The notes below the pieces were generated by a model. It searched no databases, was not told where the DNA came from, and saw only the letters and a list, made by a program, of their open reading frames with translations. Below, piece by piece: positions 1 to 12,038 of a stretch of DNA of 64,000 bases. Position 1 is the stretch's first letter, and each line of letters starts with the position of its first letter. The stretch comes from Felis catus (lineage: Eukaryota): contig NC_058368.1 in NCBI RefSeq assembly GCF_018350175.1, positions 195,488,001 through 195,552,000 on the forward strand. Reading direction: 5' to 3'. Made by a program: the position numbers and the translations under genes.

Positions 1-107
1 TACTCAGTGCAGAGCCTAAAGTGGGTCTCGATGCCATAACTGTGAGATCCAAGACCTGAGCCGCAATCAAGAGTCGGACACTCAACTGACTGAGCCACCC
101 AGGCACC
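1..107 (-). mobile_element. Can-SINE 5' portion (truncated by window edge)
   Basis: Reverse complement of the tRNA-derived head GGTGCCTGGGTGGCTCAGTC. Confidence 0.8.
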
Positions 108-796
108 TGCAGAAACCTTTTAAAGAATCAAAGCAACACTGGTGCTAGAATATCTGCAAAAGGATAATCTGAAGGGCTTATCAGAATATGGAATAAAGGC
201 ACCAATTCAAAGTAGTAAGAAGGATACAATGTATGGTATTTAAAAAGTCTTCATTGTTCTTTCAAAAAAAAAAAAAAGCTACAAATTAAAAAAAAAAAAA
301 AGCATGTAAATAGCCACCCCAAAAATAGGCAACAGGCATGAACAAACTGGCTCTTCCCAGAGTAAACACAAAAGGCAAGAAAACTTATGAAAGACATTTA
401 ACCTCATTAGGAATGACATAAAATACTGGAAAACATTTTCAGAAAATGCTCAGTATCAACAAATGTGTAGAAAAAGGCAAATCCCTTGCTGGTTAGGGAA
501 TACATGGGCTCAAACATCTGAAGGCACTTGGGCACTATGTATCTAAAGACCTAAAAAAGTCTCTGTCTAGATAGTCAGAAAAGTACAGAAAGATACATTA
601 CAAGGATAATTTCAGCAAAGGTGTTTATAGCAGCCAAAAAATAAACAAAAGCCAGACAAACAAAAAACCGCCCCGGAAACAAACTAAATGTCTGACAATA
701 GATTTGTTAAGTATATCAGGACAGATCTACAATAGAATATTTCCGCCAAAAAAAAAAAAAAAAAAATGATGCCAAACACCATACAAAGAAGTATAG

Positions 797-1247
797 AGGG
801 GCAACCTGTGTGGCTCAGTCGTTTAAGCACTTGACTTCGGCTCAGGTCACGATCTCAAGGTTCGGGGATTCAAGCCCCGCGTTGGGCTCTGGGCTGACAG
901 CTCTGAGCCTGGAGCCTGCTTCAAATTCTGTAACTCCCTCTCTCTCTCCCCCCACCACCCCCCCCCCCCGCCCCGCTCAAGCTCTGTCTCTCTCTCTCAA
1001 ACATAAACATTAAAAGAAAATTAAAAAAGAAAGAAAGAAAGAAAGAAAGAAAGAACGAACATACAGTATGATGCCCCAAAAAGCAAGTTTAACAGCACAT
1101 GCCACAAAAACCCACTCGTGTGGGGAGGCTGGATGGCTCGGTTGGTTAAACATCCCACTCTTGGTCTTGGCTCAGGTCATGATATCACGGTTCATGGGTT
1201 GGAGCCCCATATTGGACTCTGCACTGACAGTGCAGGGGCTGCTTGGG

Positions 1248-1301
<54 letters not shown>

Positions 1302-1364
1302 CCTCCCTCCCCTGCTCACGCTCTCCCTCTCTCTCTCAAAATAAATAAACATTAACAAAAAAAA
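797..1364 (+). mobile_element. Two Can-SINEs (about 797-1054 with (GAAA)n tail; about 1121-1364 with (CT)n)
   Basis: tRNA-like head, CT-rich region, AATAAA and A tail. Confidence 0.85.
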
Positions 1365-1873
1365 CATTAGTATAAATGTACATATATTTACAACTGTAGA
1401 AAACATTCTGACAATATGTAAATAGCTAATAATGACTCTCATGAGGACTCAGATTACAGGAGGACATTTACAAGAAGCATTGCTTATTTTCATACATACC
1501 CATTCAAAATATGTGTGTGGGGACAGTTCCAGAGCCGAGCCTACCAAATGTTAAAAGTGCTTATCCCTGATCACTGGGTGGTGAGATTTCAGGCGAGTTA
1601 ATTTTACCCCTTTTGACCATGTGTATTTTCTAAAGGGACGACATAGTATTTACTAAGTGATATGTCTGTTTGTCCAAAACAAAATTGGCCAACTGTAGTT
1701 ATCAGACAGTCTATGAATGTCCACATCCTTTGCTGCTCTGGGATCCCAGTAGTGCACAATTACTCACCGTTGCCTGAGCATACATCCATCAGGACCCCTG
1801 CCAGCTGGCCCGTGGCACCTTCCCTCCACCCCCCCCCCCCCGCCCTGACCCCGCCGCCCACCCCCAAGCTCAC

Positions 1874-2026
1874 CTTTTGAGGACTAGTGAGGGGGACTTC
1901 AGTCCGGGCCTCGAGGCTAACAGTCAAGTTCCCAGGAAAGGCAATGGGGTCAGGTTCCAGAGTCAGGCTTTTGATCACGGCAGGGTCCTTCCCCTCATCA
2001 CAGTTATCCCAGGAAAAGCTACTGAG
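1874..2026 (-). CDS. GM2A: GM2 ganglioside activator, coding exon 2 (153 nt, [51 protein letters not shown])
   Basis: Translation matches the GM2A ML-domain N-terminus ([24 protein letters not shown]). Minus-strand pyrimidine tract then cccag|CTC acceptor at 2027/2026; donor AAG|GTGAG at 1874/1873; phase 0 on both sides. Confidence 0.95.
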
Positions 2027-3246
2027 CTGGGATGGCCAGGGACAATCAGACAGAAAGAAAAGAAAGGTCAGAAACAACAACAGAACAGGCTACTGATGGC
2101 ATGACGTTGGGCAAGGTGCCTCCCCTCCCTGGGCTTTATCTGCAACTCCGTATCGGTAAGCCCAGGATAACGTTTGTACCCATTCTAAAAGACTCGAAAG
2201 ACATCATCTCCCAAAAGTATGCTCTCAAGTATAAAGTACAATACACCAGACCTTGAGCTTCATATCCATCCTCGGTAGGTACCTTCTCTGATCGCCCACC
2301 CCTGACCCCAACCACCCCTCTCCAGCCAGTCTTGGTATCTCCTTAGAGGGAAGCCCCCAGAGGATTCACCTTTGCAGCCCCGTGTCCAGGACCTTATTCA
2401 GGTCACACCCGTGCCCAATCCATGGCCAGGAACAATAGGAAACTTAACACTGTGGGAAAGCCCACCCTCAAGGGGTATGCAATTGGCCCAGGGAGAGACT
2501 TGGACACACATGGAGAGACCCCCAGTGGGCTGCTCGTTGATGAATCCCAATGAATGAGCTTCACCAGTCTTAACCAGTGCTTCCTTCCTCTCATCCTATT
2601 GCCCATGCCCTTCCCCATCTGGGTCACTCTCCCCGCTCTGCTGAGCCACTTCCTCTTCTTTCTCCACATCCCCCAGAGGTCTCCAGATTCCACCATCTTG
2701 TCTGGATACACATGACCACTGACTCCCCACTCCCACAGAACACTGCCTGCTTGTCTATGATCTTTAACATTTCCTACATAGTGCAGACTCTGCTCGCCCA
2801 CTCACACCCTTCCCAGCCTCCTGAAGACCACCTACGAGATACTTCAAATACTCCCACAATGCACATCCCATCTTGGAAGGAAAATCTACCACCCCCAAGC
2901 CCCCAAGCCCATCCTCCTCGTCAACACAGCCGACTGGGCTGAATGGAAACACCTAACCCAAGTTAGGCTGACAGAGTCTCTCTGCCTCTGGGAAATTGAG
3001 ATTAAGGCAAAAATCACTAAGAGGACTTGGGCTTTGTGCTCAACCTTTGGGATGAGGCCAGAACACCTAGACCTGTGACCCACAGCCAAGCCAAAGTTCT
3101 GGAAGAGACAAGTACTAACTGATTTCTGGAAAAGGGAACAGAAGTGTCACCCCACCTGACCCACCCACCCATCTCAGTAGGCAGTATGGGGTAGAAGTGA
3201 AAGGCATGCCTCTGGAGTGAGACAGAAGGTAAATCAAAGATAGTCA

Positions 3247-3462
3247 AGGGGCACCTGGGTGGCTCAGTCAGTTAAGCGTCAGACTTCAGCTCAGGTCATG
3301 ATCTCGCAGTTTGTGAGTTCGAGCCCCGCGTCGGGCTCTGTGCTGCCAGCTCAGAGCCTGGAACCTGCTTCAGATTCTGTGTCTCCCTCTCTCTGCCCCT
3401 CCCCTGCTCACGCTCTGTCTCTCAATAATAAATAAACGTTAAAAAAATTAAAAAAAAAAAAA
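3247..3462 (+). mobile_element. Can-SINE (SINEC_Fc type)
   Basis: GGGGCACCTGGGTGGCTCAG head, poly(A) tail. Confidence 0.9.
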
Positions 3463-4752
3463 AGCTTTAGCCAATAGGTGTAGCTCAACCACCATATTAT
3501 GTGATTCTATAGGCCAGTTTCCCCTTTGGCACCCCAATTTCCATATCTTCTAAGTGGGGGCTGCATACTTTCTTCTCAGGGCTGTAGTCAGGATGATAGC
3601 ATGCGCATAGAGTTCTTAACACAATGCCAGGCCCAAAGCATGAGCTGGCTCACTAAACAGCCATTGGATGGCCCAGCCTCCACTTCCCGCCATTAGTTTC
3701 ATGAGATTCAAGTAAACTTCCCCTCACTTGAGCTTTTGGGCATTGGTTTCTGTCCCTTGGAATGAAACATCATGACATGAGGAAGCAAAGCAAAACAGGG
3801 TCTGATTCATGCCTGCATGCCCCACAGCCCCTTACACAAGGTAAGTGCCAATAAATGTTTCCTTCAACATTCATCCCACAAATATTTACGGAGCAATGAT
3901 CACGGGCCCTGGGCTAAGTCTGTGTTAATAGCGGTAAACAATTAGAAATGTTCTTGCCCTGCCTTGAGGAGCTTACAGTCTAATGCCAATAAATATTACC
4001 CACTATGATTAACAGAGAGAATGTTGAGAGTAACGAATGACTTACTTAAATAGGGTGGTAAGGAAATGATGCTTCAGCTGGACTCCTGCAGGATGAGGAG
4101 TCAGCCATGTAAGTACAGAGAAAGAATGTTCTTTCCAGGCAGAGGCAACATGGGCAAAGGCCCTGTGGTGGGAAGCTTAGCTGGTCTGGGCACTACAAGA
4201 AGGCCGTTCATTGGGCTAGATGTAGTGGATGACTGACACAGATAAGGTTGGAGGGGTGGTGAGGTCATTTAATGTAGGACCTCACAGGTTATAATTGGGA
4301 CGCTGGATTTACTATAAGTGCAATGGAACCCCATCGCAAGAAAGTGCCACAGTCTGGTTTATGGTTCAGAATGGATTGGAGAGGGACAAGTCTGGAAGGG
4401 GGAGACCAGTCAGGAGGCCACTGTCAAATCAAAGAAATGTCTGGACTTAAGAGTTGGGCTGGAGGGTAAGTTGGAGGCCTAGCCATTTTCCGGGGCTGCT
4501 TTCACAGATTCTCAGGCAACCTGAGAACTGATTCCAGGCTCGGGCAGGTGCCCTGAGTATCCTGTCGGAGCTGAGGAACTCCCTCCCTTCTCCTAAGCTC
4601 CCTGTCCTTCAGGCTCTGGGGGAGGCATAAGAACTCAGTTTCCTGGTGCCCGACTAGAGGTTTCTATGGCAATGAATTCTGCAGCTGGGTCCAGTCTCAT
4701 CTGGAAAAGCAGGCGTGAAGGATTAGCAATGCCCACTGAGGGCCAAGCCTGG

Positions 4753-5245
4753 CACAGGGGTTCCCTCTTACCTGCGCGGGATACATTCCAAGACCCCCAG
4801 TGGATGCCTAAAATCACAGAGAGTCCTGAACCCTATATATACTGTGTCTTTTTCTATACATACTTTTTTTTAATGATATATCATACCTATGATATATCTA
4901 TGATAAAATTTAACTTATAAATTAGGCACAGGAAGAGATTAACAACCTTAATAATAAAATAGAACAATTACAATAACATACCATAGTAACAGTTATGTGA
5001 ATGTGGTCTCTCTCCCTCAAGATATCTTATTGTACTGCACTCACCCTCCTTGTGAAGATCGGTTTGACCAAGTGCCTGTCCAATGAGATGGGAGTGAGGT
5101 GCAGGATACAGGCACTCTGATATAGCATTGGGCTACTATTTGAAGAAGGATCATCTGCTTCCAGATTGCGACTGACCGGACTAACGGACACGATGGAAAG
5201 CGAAACCATGGAGAAGGAGGTGGCGTGGGGGCGGGACACTACTGT
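4753..5245. mobile_element. MER44/Tigger-like non-autonomous DNA transposon
   Basis: GGGATACATTCCAAGACCCCCAGTGGATGCCT at one end and GGAAAGCGAAACC...ACTACTGTA at the other, matching recalled MER44 termini. Confidence 0.65.
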
Positions 5246-5781
5246 ATTTGCCATCCCCAGTAAGGGCAGCTCTGGAGGCAAAAATATGGGTGACTATCAC
5301 AGACCCGGGTTCCAATCATACCTCAGCCACTCGGCACTAGCTGAGACCATGGGTTAAGTTACCCACTTGAGGTTCGGTTTCCTCATCTATTAAATGGGCA
5401 TAATTCTATCTTCTCACAGGGCTACTGGGAGAATGAGAAGACTGTACAGAATGTAAGATCACCACTCCTCAAGGCTGGCAAACCATGGAAACATGAGACT
5501 GAGAAGCTGTCACAGGTCAGAGGAGACTGAGCACTGTGGTGCCCTGGACTGCATCCTGGAACAGGAAGAGGGCATTCATGGGAAAACTGGTAAAACCCAA
5601 ATAAAGCCTAGAGTTTAGCTAATGGTGATGAGCCAATGTTGATGTCTCAGTTTGGACAAATGCGCAATGGTAACACAAGATGTTGACAGGAGGGGAAACC
5701 GGGTGAGGAGTATATGAGAACTCTGTAATGTCTCTGCAACTTTCCTGTAAATCTAAAACTATTTTCCCAAAACAGCTTATT

Positions 5782-5824
<43 letters not shown>

Positions 5825-7457
5825 CACAGAGTATGTGCACAATAAATGACGGTCATCATACAGTGTCACAGAGTCTATTAAGCACCTATTATATGCCCAG
5901 CATGGGACCAGACATTCTCCCCCCTGTCTAATGTGGGCCACAGCCCAGCGACATGAAACTGGTTCATGCTAGAAGAGGAAATGAAACTCAAGTTTCCAGA
6001 TGCTTAAATGCTCACTATCACCCCACTGCTTTTATCTGCCCCATGGTCTCAGGCATAGGGGCTCTGAATCACATGAGCCCAGAGAAAAACAGAAAGTGCC
6101 ACATGTTGTGTAATCTTAAGTGAGGCCCTATCCTCTGTGGGCCTGAGTGAGATGAGCGAGCTCTCGGATGTCTCAGGGCCTCCCCTAGACCGCTGATCGA
6201 AAGCCCTCTGGTCTGGGATGGCATCTATGGCCAAGACATATAAGAGAATTGGGGATATAGGGCAAGTTGGAGCTCTAGCCAGACTCCACCTCAAAGTGGT
6301 GGGCCCTGAAGCCAAGAGAAACATTCTCAACCTACATTCACAGACAAATTGTGAATCCTCCAGGCAAATAAGGCCAGGAGGTCCTTATGCCTTCATTCAA
6401 CAGGCAAAATCAAATAGACCCCTTGCCCCCGGGGCAGGTTGAGGCCAAGCCCACTGGCTTAGATCACTTTCCTTGTTTAAGATTTTCAGAGCCTTTCCAT
6501 TCACGAAAGCATTTCCCTTCACCCACATCCATCTAAGAAAGGTAGGCTGGTATCACCATGCCCATTTTACAGATGAGGAGACCAAGACTCAAGGAGCCCA
6601 AATGCCAGGCCCAGAGATTAGACACATAGCAGGGATGAGAAGTCAAGCCTCAATCCTATTCCACTTTTCCCTACACCACACTGTTCCTCTCCTTGCTCTA
6701 AAGCAAATATTTCCAAGGTGGTCGGAGGCGGAGAGGCTGGGCCTCTCCTGAACAGCTGCTAGAGATAAGGTGTCTTGTCCATAGCTATGCAGCAAACAGG
6801 CAATGGAACTAGGCTTCTCCAGGTCTCAGAATGACAAAACTTCCCATTTTCAAGGGTCTGGAGCATGGGGTGAGTAAGAAGTGAAGGAGGAAGCCTGGAG
6901 GCTGGAGACTCTTCATGACCCATAACCACAAGCAGTGGGTCACACGACTGGATCTCTGTCACCAGAAGAACGAGTGTGGGCCTTCCTGACTCTCAAACCC
7001 ACCCACCCATCAGGACAAGCCGAGCCACAGAGCTGTACAGAAGGGGACAGGATGGGTGCCAGGCCTTTTTACCAGGAGTGGAAGGGGGAGGGGGCAGGTA
7101 AACAAGGATGAGGCTCTGGGCCTGGGAGCAGTTCATTAGTCTTGCAGTTCTGCCAAATTTCACCCCGATGTTGGGAAAGAGGGCAGGAGTAGAGACGTGA
7201 GGGAGATTAACCCTTCCCCAAAGTCTGGAGCAGAATAAGGCCTAACAGCCCACCCTCACTGTACAGATGGGTTAACCGAAACTCGTAGAGAGAAAAGGAC
7301 CCACTCAATCTCCCACAGTTAGTGACTCTGGGAGGCTCTGTCACAGAGAAGGAATTCTGGAAACCAGAATAGCCACCCCCATAATCCCACTCCGACCCAT
7401 ACACCCCCAACTGGGCCGGCATGCTGGGAGCAGCCTCGGAAAGGAGAGAGTGCTCAC

Positions 7458-7547
7458 CTGTTTCAGGAAGAGGAACTCAGGGGCCACAGGGCTGGCGAGA
7501 AGCAGGACCAAGAGGATCAGGAGCGGAGCCTGTACCTGGGGACTCAT
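7458..7547 (-). CDS. GM2A: GM2 ganglioside activator, coding exon 1 (signal peptide, MSPQVQAPLLILLVLLLASPVAPEFLFLKQ)
   Basis: gccATG at 7547, hydrophobic signal peptide resembling human QAPLLIALGLLLA, donor CAG|GTGAG at 7458/7457; 90 nt, in phase with exon 2. Confidence 0.93.
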
Positions 7548-7559
7548 GGCAAACGATAG

Positions 7560-7975
7560 GTCTGCGCGGGCCTAACTACTAGGTCTGTGTTGGCGGCGGC
7601 GCCTTTAAATACTTGCCTTCATTTATTATGCAAAGCGGGGTATTGCCATGCAAAGCTGAGCGCTGCCACTTCCAGGTTTGCCCCTCCCGGTCTGGATCTG
7701 AGATTTCAAGGCCTGGTGGTGGACCTATCTCTCCCGACTCCGCCCCCAAGAGGTTTCTACTTGAGTCCCTCCCACTGCGCCAGAGCGTCAAGCCCCTCCT
7801 TCTGACGGGCGTTGGCCCAGCCAGGAGCGTGGAAGGGGCGGGGCTTAGGAGCGGGGCCGGTGCGAGGGGCGGAGCGGGGCCGGTGCGAGGGGCGGGGCGG
7901 GGCGGGGCGGGGCTGCTGTTTCTAGACCCAGGCTTTGCCCCGCGCTGCCTTTTTGTTTTCAAACTCACGTGCATT
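7560..7975 (-). promoter_or_regulatory. GM2A proximal promoter (TATA-like ATTTAAA about 7604-7610, ETS-like GGAAGT about 7667-7672, GC-box cluster 7835-7913, E-box TCACGTG 7965-7971)
   Basis: CpG/GC-rich stretch immediately upstream of the GM2A ATG with repeated GGGGCGGGGC Sp1/KLF boxes. Confidence 0.75.
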
Positions 7976-8252
7976 CCTTGAGCAAATGTCACGCTCCCTG
8001 TTCCTATTACGCTTTCCTGTATCCGTTTTACGAATTTCTGTGTCTTTTGAATATTTATAATCGTAATTGTAATTACTGAGAGTAAGTGCTTTAATGCATG
8101 CTAAGCACTGTTAAACATTTAATCCGTATTTTTGCCCCATTTTACCACTCAGGAAACCATACACGGTGAGGTTAGCTTTGTCAAGGTTATAGAGCTAGAA
8201 AGTGATAAAGCAAGGATTCTGCTCATATAGCCCATCAGATAAGATTTTTTTA

Positions 8253-8466
8253 AACTTTTTTTTTTTTTTAACATTTATTTTTGAGACAGAGAGAGACAGA
8301 GCATGAACGGGGGAGGGCCAGAGAGAGGGAGACACAGAATCTGAAACAGGCTCCAGGCTCTGAGCTGTCAGCACAGACCCTGACGCGGGGCTCGAACTCA
8401 CGGACCACGAGATCATGACCTGAGCTGAAGTCGGCCGCTTAAGCCACTGAGCCACCCAGGCGCCCC
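8253..8466 (-). mobile_element. Can-SINE with TSD CAGATAAGATTTTTTTAAA, adjacent to a MER58-like element (about 8480-8660)
   Basis: Direct repeat flanks both ends; MER58-like GTAAATATTTTAGGCTTT...CCATAGTTTGCTGA follows. Confidence 0.8.
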
Positions 8467-8666
8467 AGATAAGATTTTTTTAAAGGCCCGATAGTAAATA
8501 TTTTAGGCTTTCAGTCCATATAACCTGTATTACAACTGTTTAACTGTGCCATTATAGCTTAGGGTGGACATAGACAACACATCAACTAATGGGCATGTCT
8601 GTGTTCCAATAAAACTTTACTCATGAAAATAGCCCACAGACCATAGTTTGCTGATGCCTGTTTTAA

Positions 8667-8880
8667 ATTTTTTTTAATGTTTATTTATTTTTGAGAGAGA
8701 AAGACAGACAGAATGTGAGCGGCAGAGGGGCAGAGAGAGAAGGAAACACAGAATCCAAAGCAGGCTCCAGGCTCTGAGCTGTCAGCACAGAGCCTGACAC
8801 AGGACTCTAATTCAAGAAATGCGAGATCGTGAACTGAGCTGAAGTTGGCAGCGCAAACAACTGAGCCACCCAGGCACCCC
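8667..8880 (-). mobile_element. Can-SINE at the tail end of the adjacent L1
   Basis: Reverse-complement SINE consensus. Confidence 0.85.
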
Positions 8881-8887
8881 CCCCCCC

Positions 8888-9324
8888 AAATTTAAATTCC
8901 AGTTAGTTAACACAGTATAATACTAGTTTCAGGTGTACAATGTAGTGATTCAACACTTCTAAACAACACCCAGTGCTCATCACAGCAGGTGCACTCCTTA
9001 ATCCCCATCACCTACTTTAACCATCCCTTCACTCACCTTCCCTCTGATAAGCATCGGTTTGTTCTCTATAGGTAAGAGTCTGTTTCTTGGTTTGCCCCTC
9101 TCTGTCTTTTTTATTTCCTTTGCTCATTTGTTTTGTTTCTTAAATTCCACGTGTAAGTGAAATCATATGGTATTTATCTTTCTCTGACTGACTTATTTCA
9201 CTTAGTGTAGTACTCTCTGGCTCCATCCATGTCATTGCGAATGGAAAGATTTCATTTTTTCTGTGGGTAATATTCCATTATATGTATATATATCCATATA
9301 TATATACATATATCCATATATATG

Positions 9325-9355
<31 letters not shown>

Positions 9356-10512
9356 CACATCTTGTTTATCCATTCATCAGTCAGTGGACACTTGGGCTGT
9401 TTCCATAATTTGGCTATTGTTGATAATACTACTATAAACATTGGGGTGCATGTATCCCTTCAAATTGGTATTTTTGTATTCTTTGGGTAAATACCTAGTA
9501 GTGCAACTGCTAGATCATAGGGTTGTTCTATTTTTAACCTTTGAGGAACATCCATACTGTTTCCCAGCGTGGCTGCACCAGTTTGCATTCCCACCAAGAG
9601 TGCAAGAGGGTTCCCCTTTCTCCGCATCCTCACCAATATCAGTTGTTTAGTATTTTTCACAGAGCTAGAAAAAACAATCCTAAAATTTGTATAGAACCAC
9701 GAGCACCCTGGATAGCCAAAGCAATCTTGAAAAAGCCAAGCAAAGCTAGAGCCATCACAATTCCAGACTTCAACTTACCTTATGAAGCTGTAATAATCAA
9801 AACAGTATGTTCCTGGCACAAAAATAGACACATAGATTAGTGCAGCACAAAAGAAAACCCAGAAATGAACCCACAATGATATGGTCAACTAATCTTCAAC
9901 AAAACAGAAAAGACTATCCAATGGGAAAAAGACTGTCTCTTCAACAAACGGTGTTGGGAAAACTGGACAGCAACATGCAAAAGAATAAAACTGGACCACT
10001 TTCTTACACCATACACAAAGATAAATGCAAAATGGATTAAAGGCCTAAATTTGAAACTTGAAACCATAAAAATCCTAGAAGAGAACACAGGCAGTAACCT
10101 CTTTGACACTGGCTGTAGCACCTTCTTTCTAGATATATCTCCTAAGGTAAGGGAGACACAAGCAAAAATAAGCTATTGGGACTACATCAAAAGAAAAAGC
10201 TTCTGCACAACGAAGGAAACAATCAACAAAACTAAAAAGCAACTGACAGAATGGGAGAAGATATTTGCAAATGACATAGTTGGTAAATGACTAGTATCCA
10301 AAATATATAAAGAAGTTATAAAACTCAACACCCAAAAAATGAATAATCCAATTAAAAATGGGCAGAAGACATGAATAGACATTTTTCCAAAGAAGACATA
10401 CAAATGGCTAGCAGACACATGAAAAGATGGTCAATATCACTCATCATCAGGGAAATGAAAATCAAAACAACAAGGAGATATTACCTCACACCTGTCAGAA
10501 TGGCTAAGATTA
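8888..10512. mobile_element. 5'-truncated carnivore L1 with 5' inversion (3' UTR/ORF2 end on minus about 8888-9648; ORF2 segment on plus about 9649-10512)
   Basis: Minus frames give L1 ORF2 C-terminal peptides ([19 protein letters not shown]); plus frames give ORF2 peptides ([36 protein letters not shown]). Confidence 0.9.
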
Positions 10513-10671
10513 ATATGTTTTTTTTAATTATACACCTTCCTCCCATTCTGATAAGCTCTCCCCTCTCTCACCTAGAACAGTCTCTTCATCATACACAAGG
10601 TTACTTCCAGGCCCCTTGAGGTAGAGGACTTGTCCAATGACACAGAAGCAAAATTAGTACTCACTTCTGCT

Positions 10672-11036
10672 GGGGTGCCTGGGTGGCTCAGTCAGTTGAG
10701 TGTCCAACTCTTGATTTCAGCTCAGGTCACGATCCAGCTCTGGACTGAGCGTGGAGACTGCTTAAGATTCTCTGTCTCTCGGGGTGCCTGGGTGGTTCAG
10801 TCAGTTGAGGATCTGACTCTTGATTTCAGCTCAGGTCATGATCTCACAGTTGAGAGACCCCCTCCTTGAGACACCCCCTCCTTGTACGCTCCCACTTTCT
10901 CTCTCTCTCTCAAAAATAAATTAGAAAAAAGAAGATTTATTTTCTCTCTCCCTCTGCCCCTCTCCCCACTCATGCATGCGCTCTCCCTCTAAAATTAAAA
11001 AACAAGCAAAAAATTTTAAGAAAGTAAAAAAAAAAG
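10672..11036 (+). mobile_element. Nested Can-SINEs
   Basis: Two SINE heads (10672, 10781); outer imperfect TSD AG(T/A)ACTCACTTCT. Confidence 0.75.
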
Positions 11037-11599
11037 AACTCACTTCTAAAGCTGATCCCACAGTGGTATGAGAGATGTCCATGTGGCTGCACTCGGTGGT
11101 GGCTGTGTGGGTGATGGGTAGGGGAACTGGGTGCCAGTGCTGGTATCCCCGGGAGCCTCATTGGGAAATAGAGAGGGAGTGTGCACTGACTTTCTTCCAG
11201 CATCGTTCCTTCTCCATCTTTGTACCTGCCAAAGCCCCTCAACCCCATTACCCACTTCCTCCCCACTCCTCAATACCAGGCACACTCCTTCACACAAGAA
11301 CTTAATGATCTTGGGCATAAAAAGTTAATGCCACCTTGGAGGATCTCTCAATGAGTGGGCACATTCCTCATGCATGACAGTATCTGACACCTCCATTTGA
11401 AGGGCTTTGGAGATGTTGGAAGGCCACAGACACAGTGACTGGAAACCAAGACCATAACCAAAGTGGAAGGCGAAACAGGACAGCGGCTTGTTCAGAGCGC
11501 TTACTTCATGTCAGGCAGACCCAGGCCTTTGTCCAGTGAGAGAGCCTAGCTAAGGACCTTAACCTCTCTGGCATCAGTTTCCTCATCTGCAAAACAAAG

Positions 11600-11643
11600 A
11601 TGATGATGATGATGGTGATGATGATGATGATGATGATGATGAT
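11600..11643 (+). repeat. (GAT)n microsatellite
   Basis: Direct reading. Confidence 0.9.
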
Positions 11644-11712
11644 AAACTACTTCTGGTGCTATTCATTCAACAAATAACTTACCGATTTTTTTTTAATTTT
11701 GAACACATTTTT

Positions 11713-11914
11713 TTTAATGTTTATTTTTTTTTGAGAGAGAGAGAGACAGAGTGAGCAGGGGAAGGGTAGAGACAGAGGGAGACACAGAATCAGAAGCAGG
11801 CTCCAGGCTCCAATCTGTCAGCGCAGAGCCAGACATAAGGCTCAAACTCACAAACCGGGAGATCAGGACCTGAGTCGAAGTCAGGGGCTTACCCGACTGA
11901 GACACCCAGGCGCC
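11713..11914 (-). mobile_element. Can-SINE with TSD TAACTTAC(C/A)GATTT
   Basis: Reverse SINE consensus; near-perfect flanking direct repeat. Confidence 0.85.
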
Positions 11915-12038
11915 TGGTAACTTACAGATTTAACAGCTGAACTATATAAAGGCCCCCACCCTTACAATCCTCCCCCATCCCAATAAAGTCTATTCCAGAA
12001 AGGCACTCCATCAGTAGATAAGGACATACACAAGATGT

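Noticed and set aside
9232..10619. L1 ORF2-like ORFs
   Set aside because: Fragmented by frameshifts and stops and 5'-truncated; not an active element or host gene.
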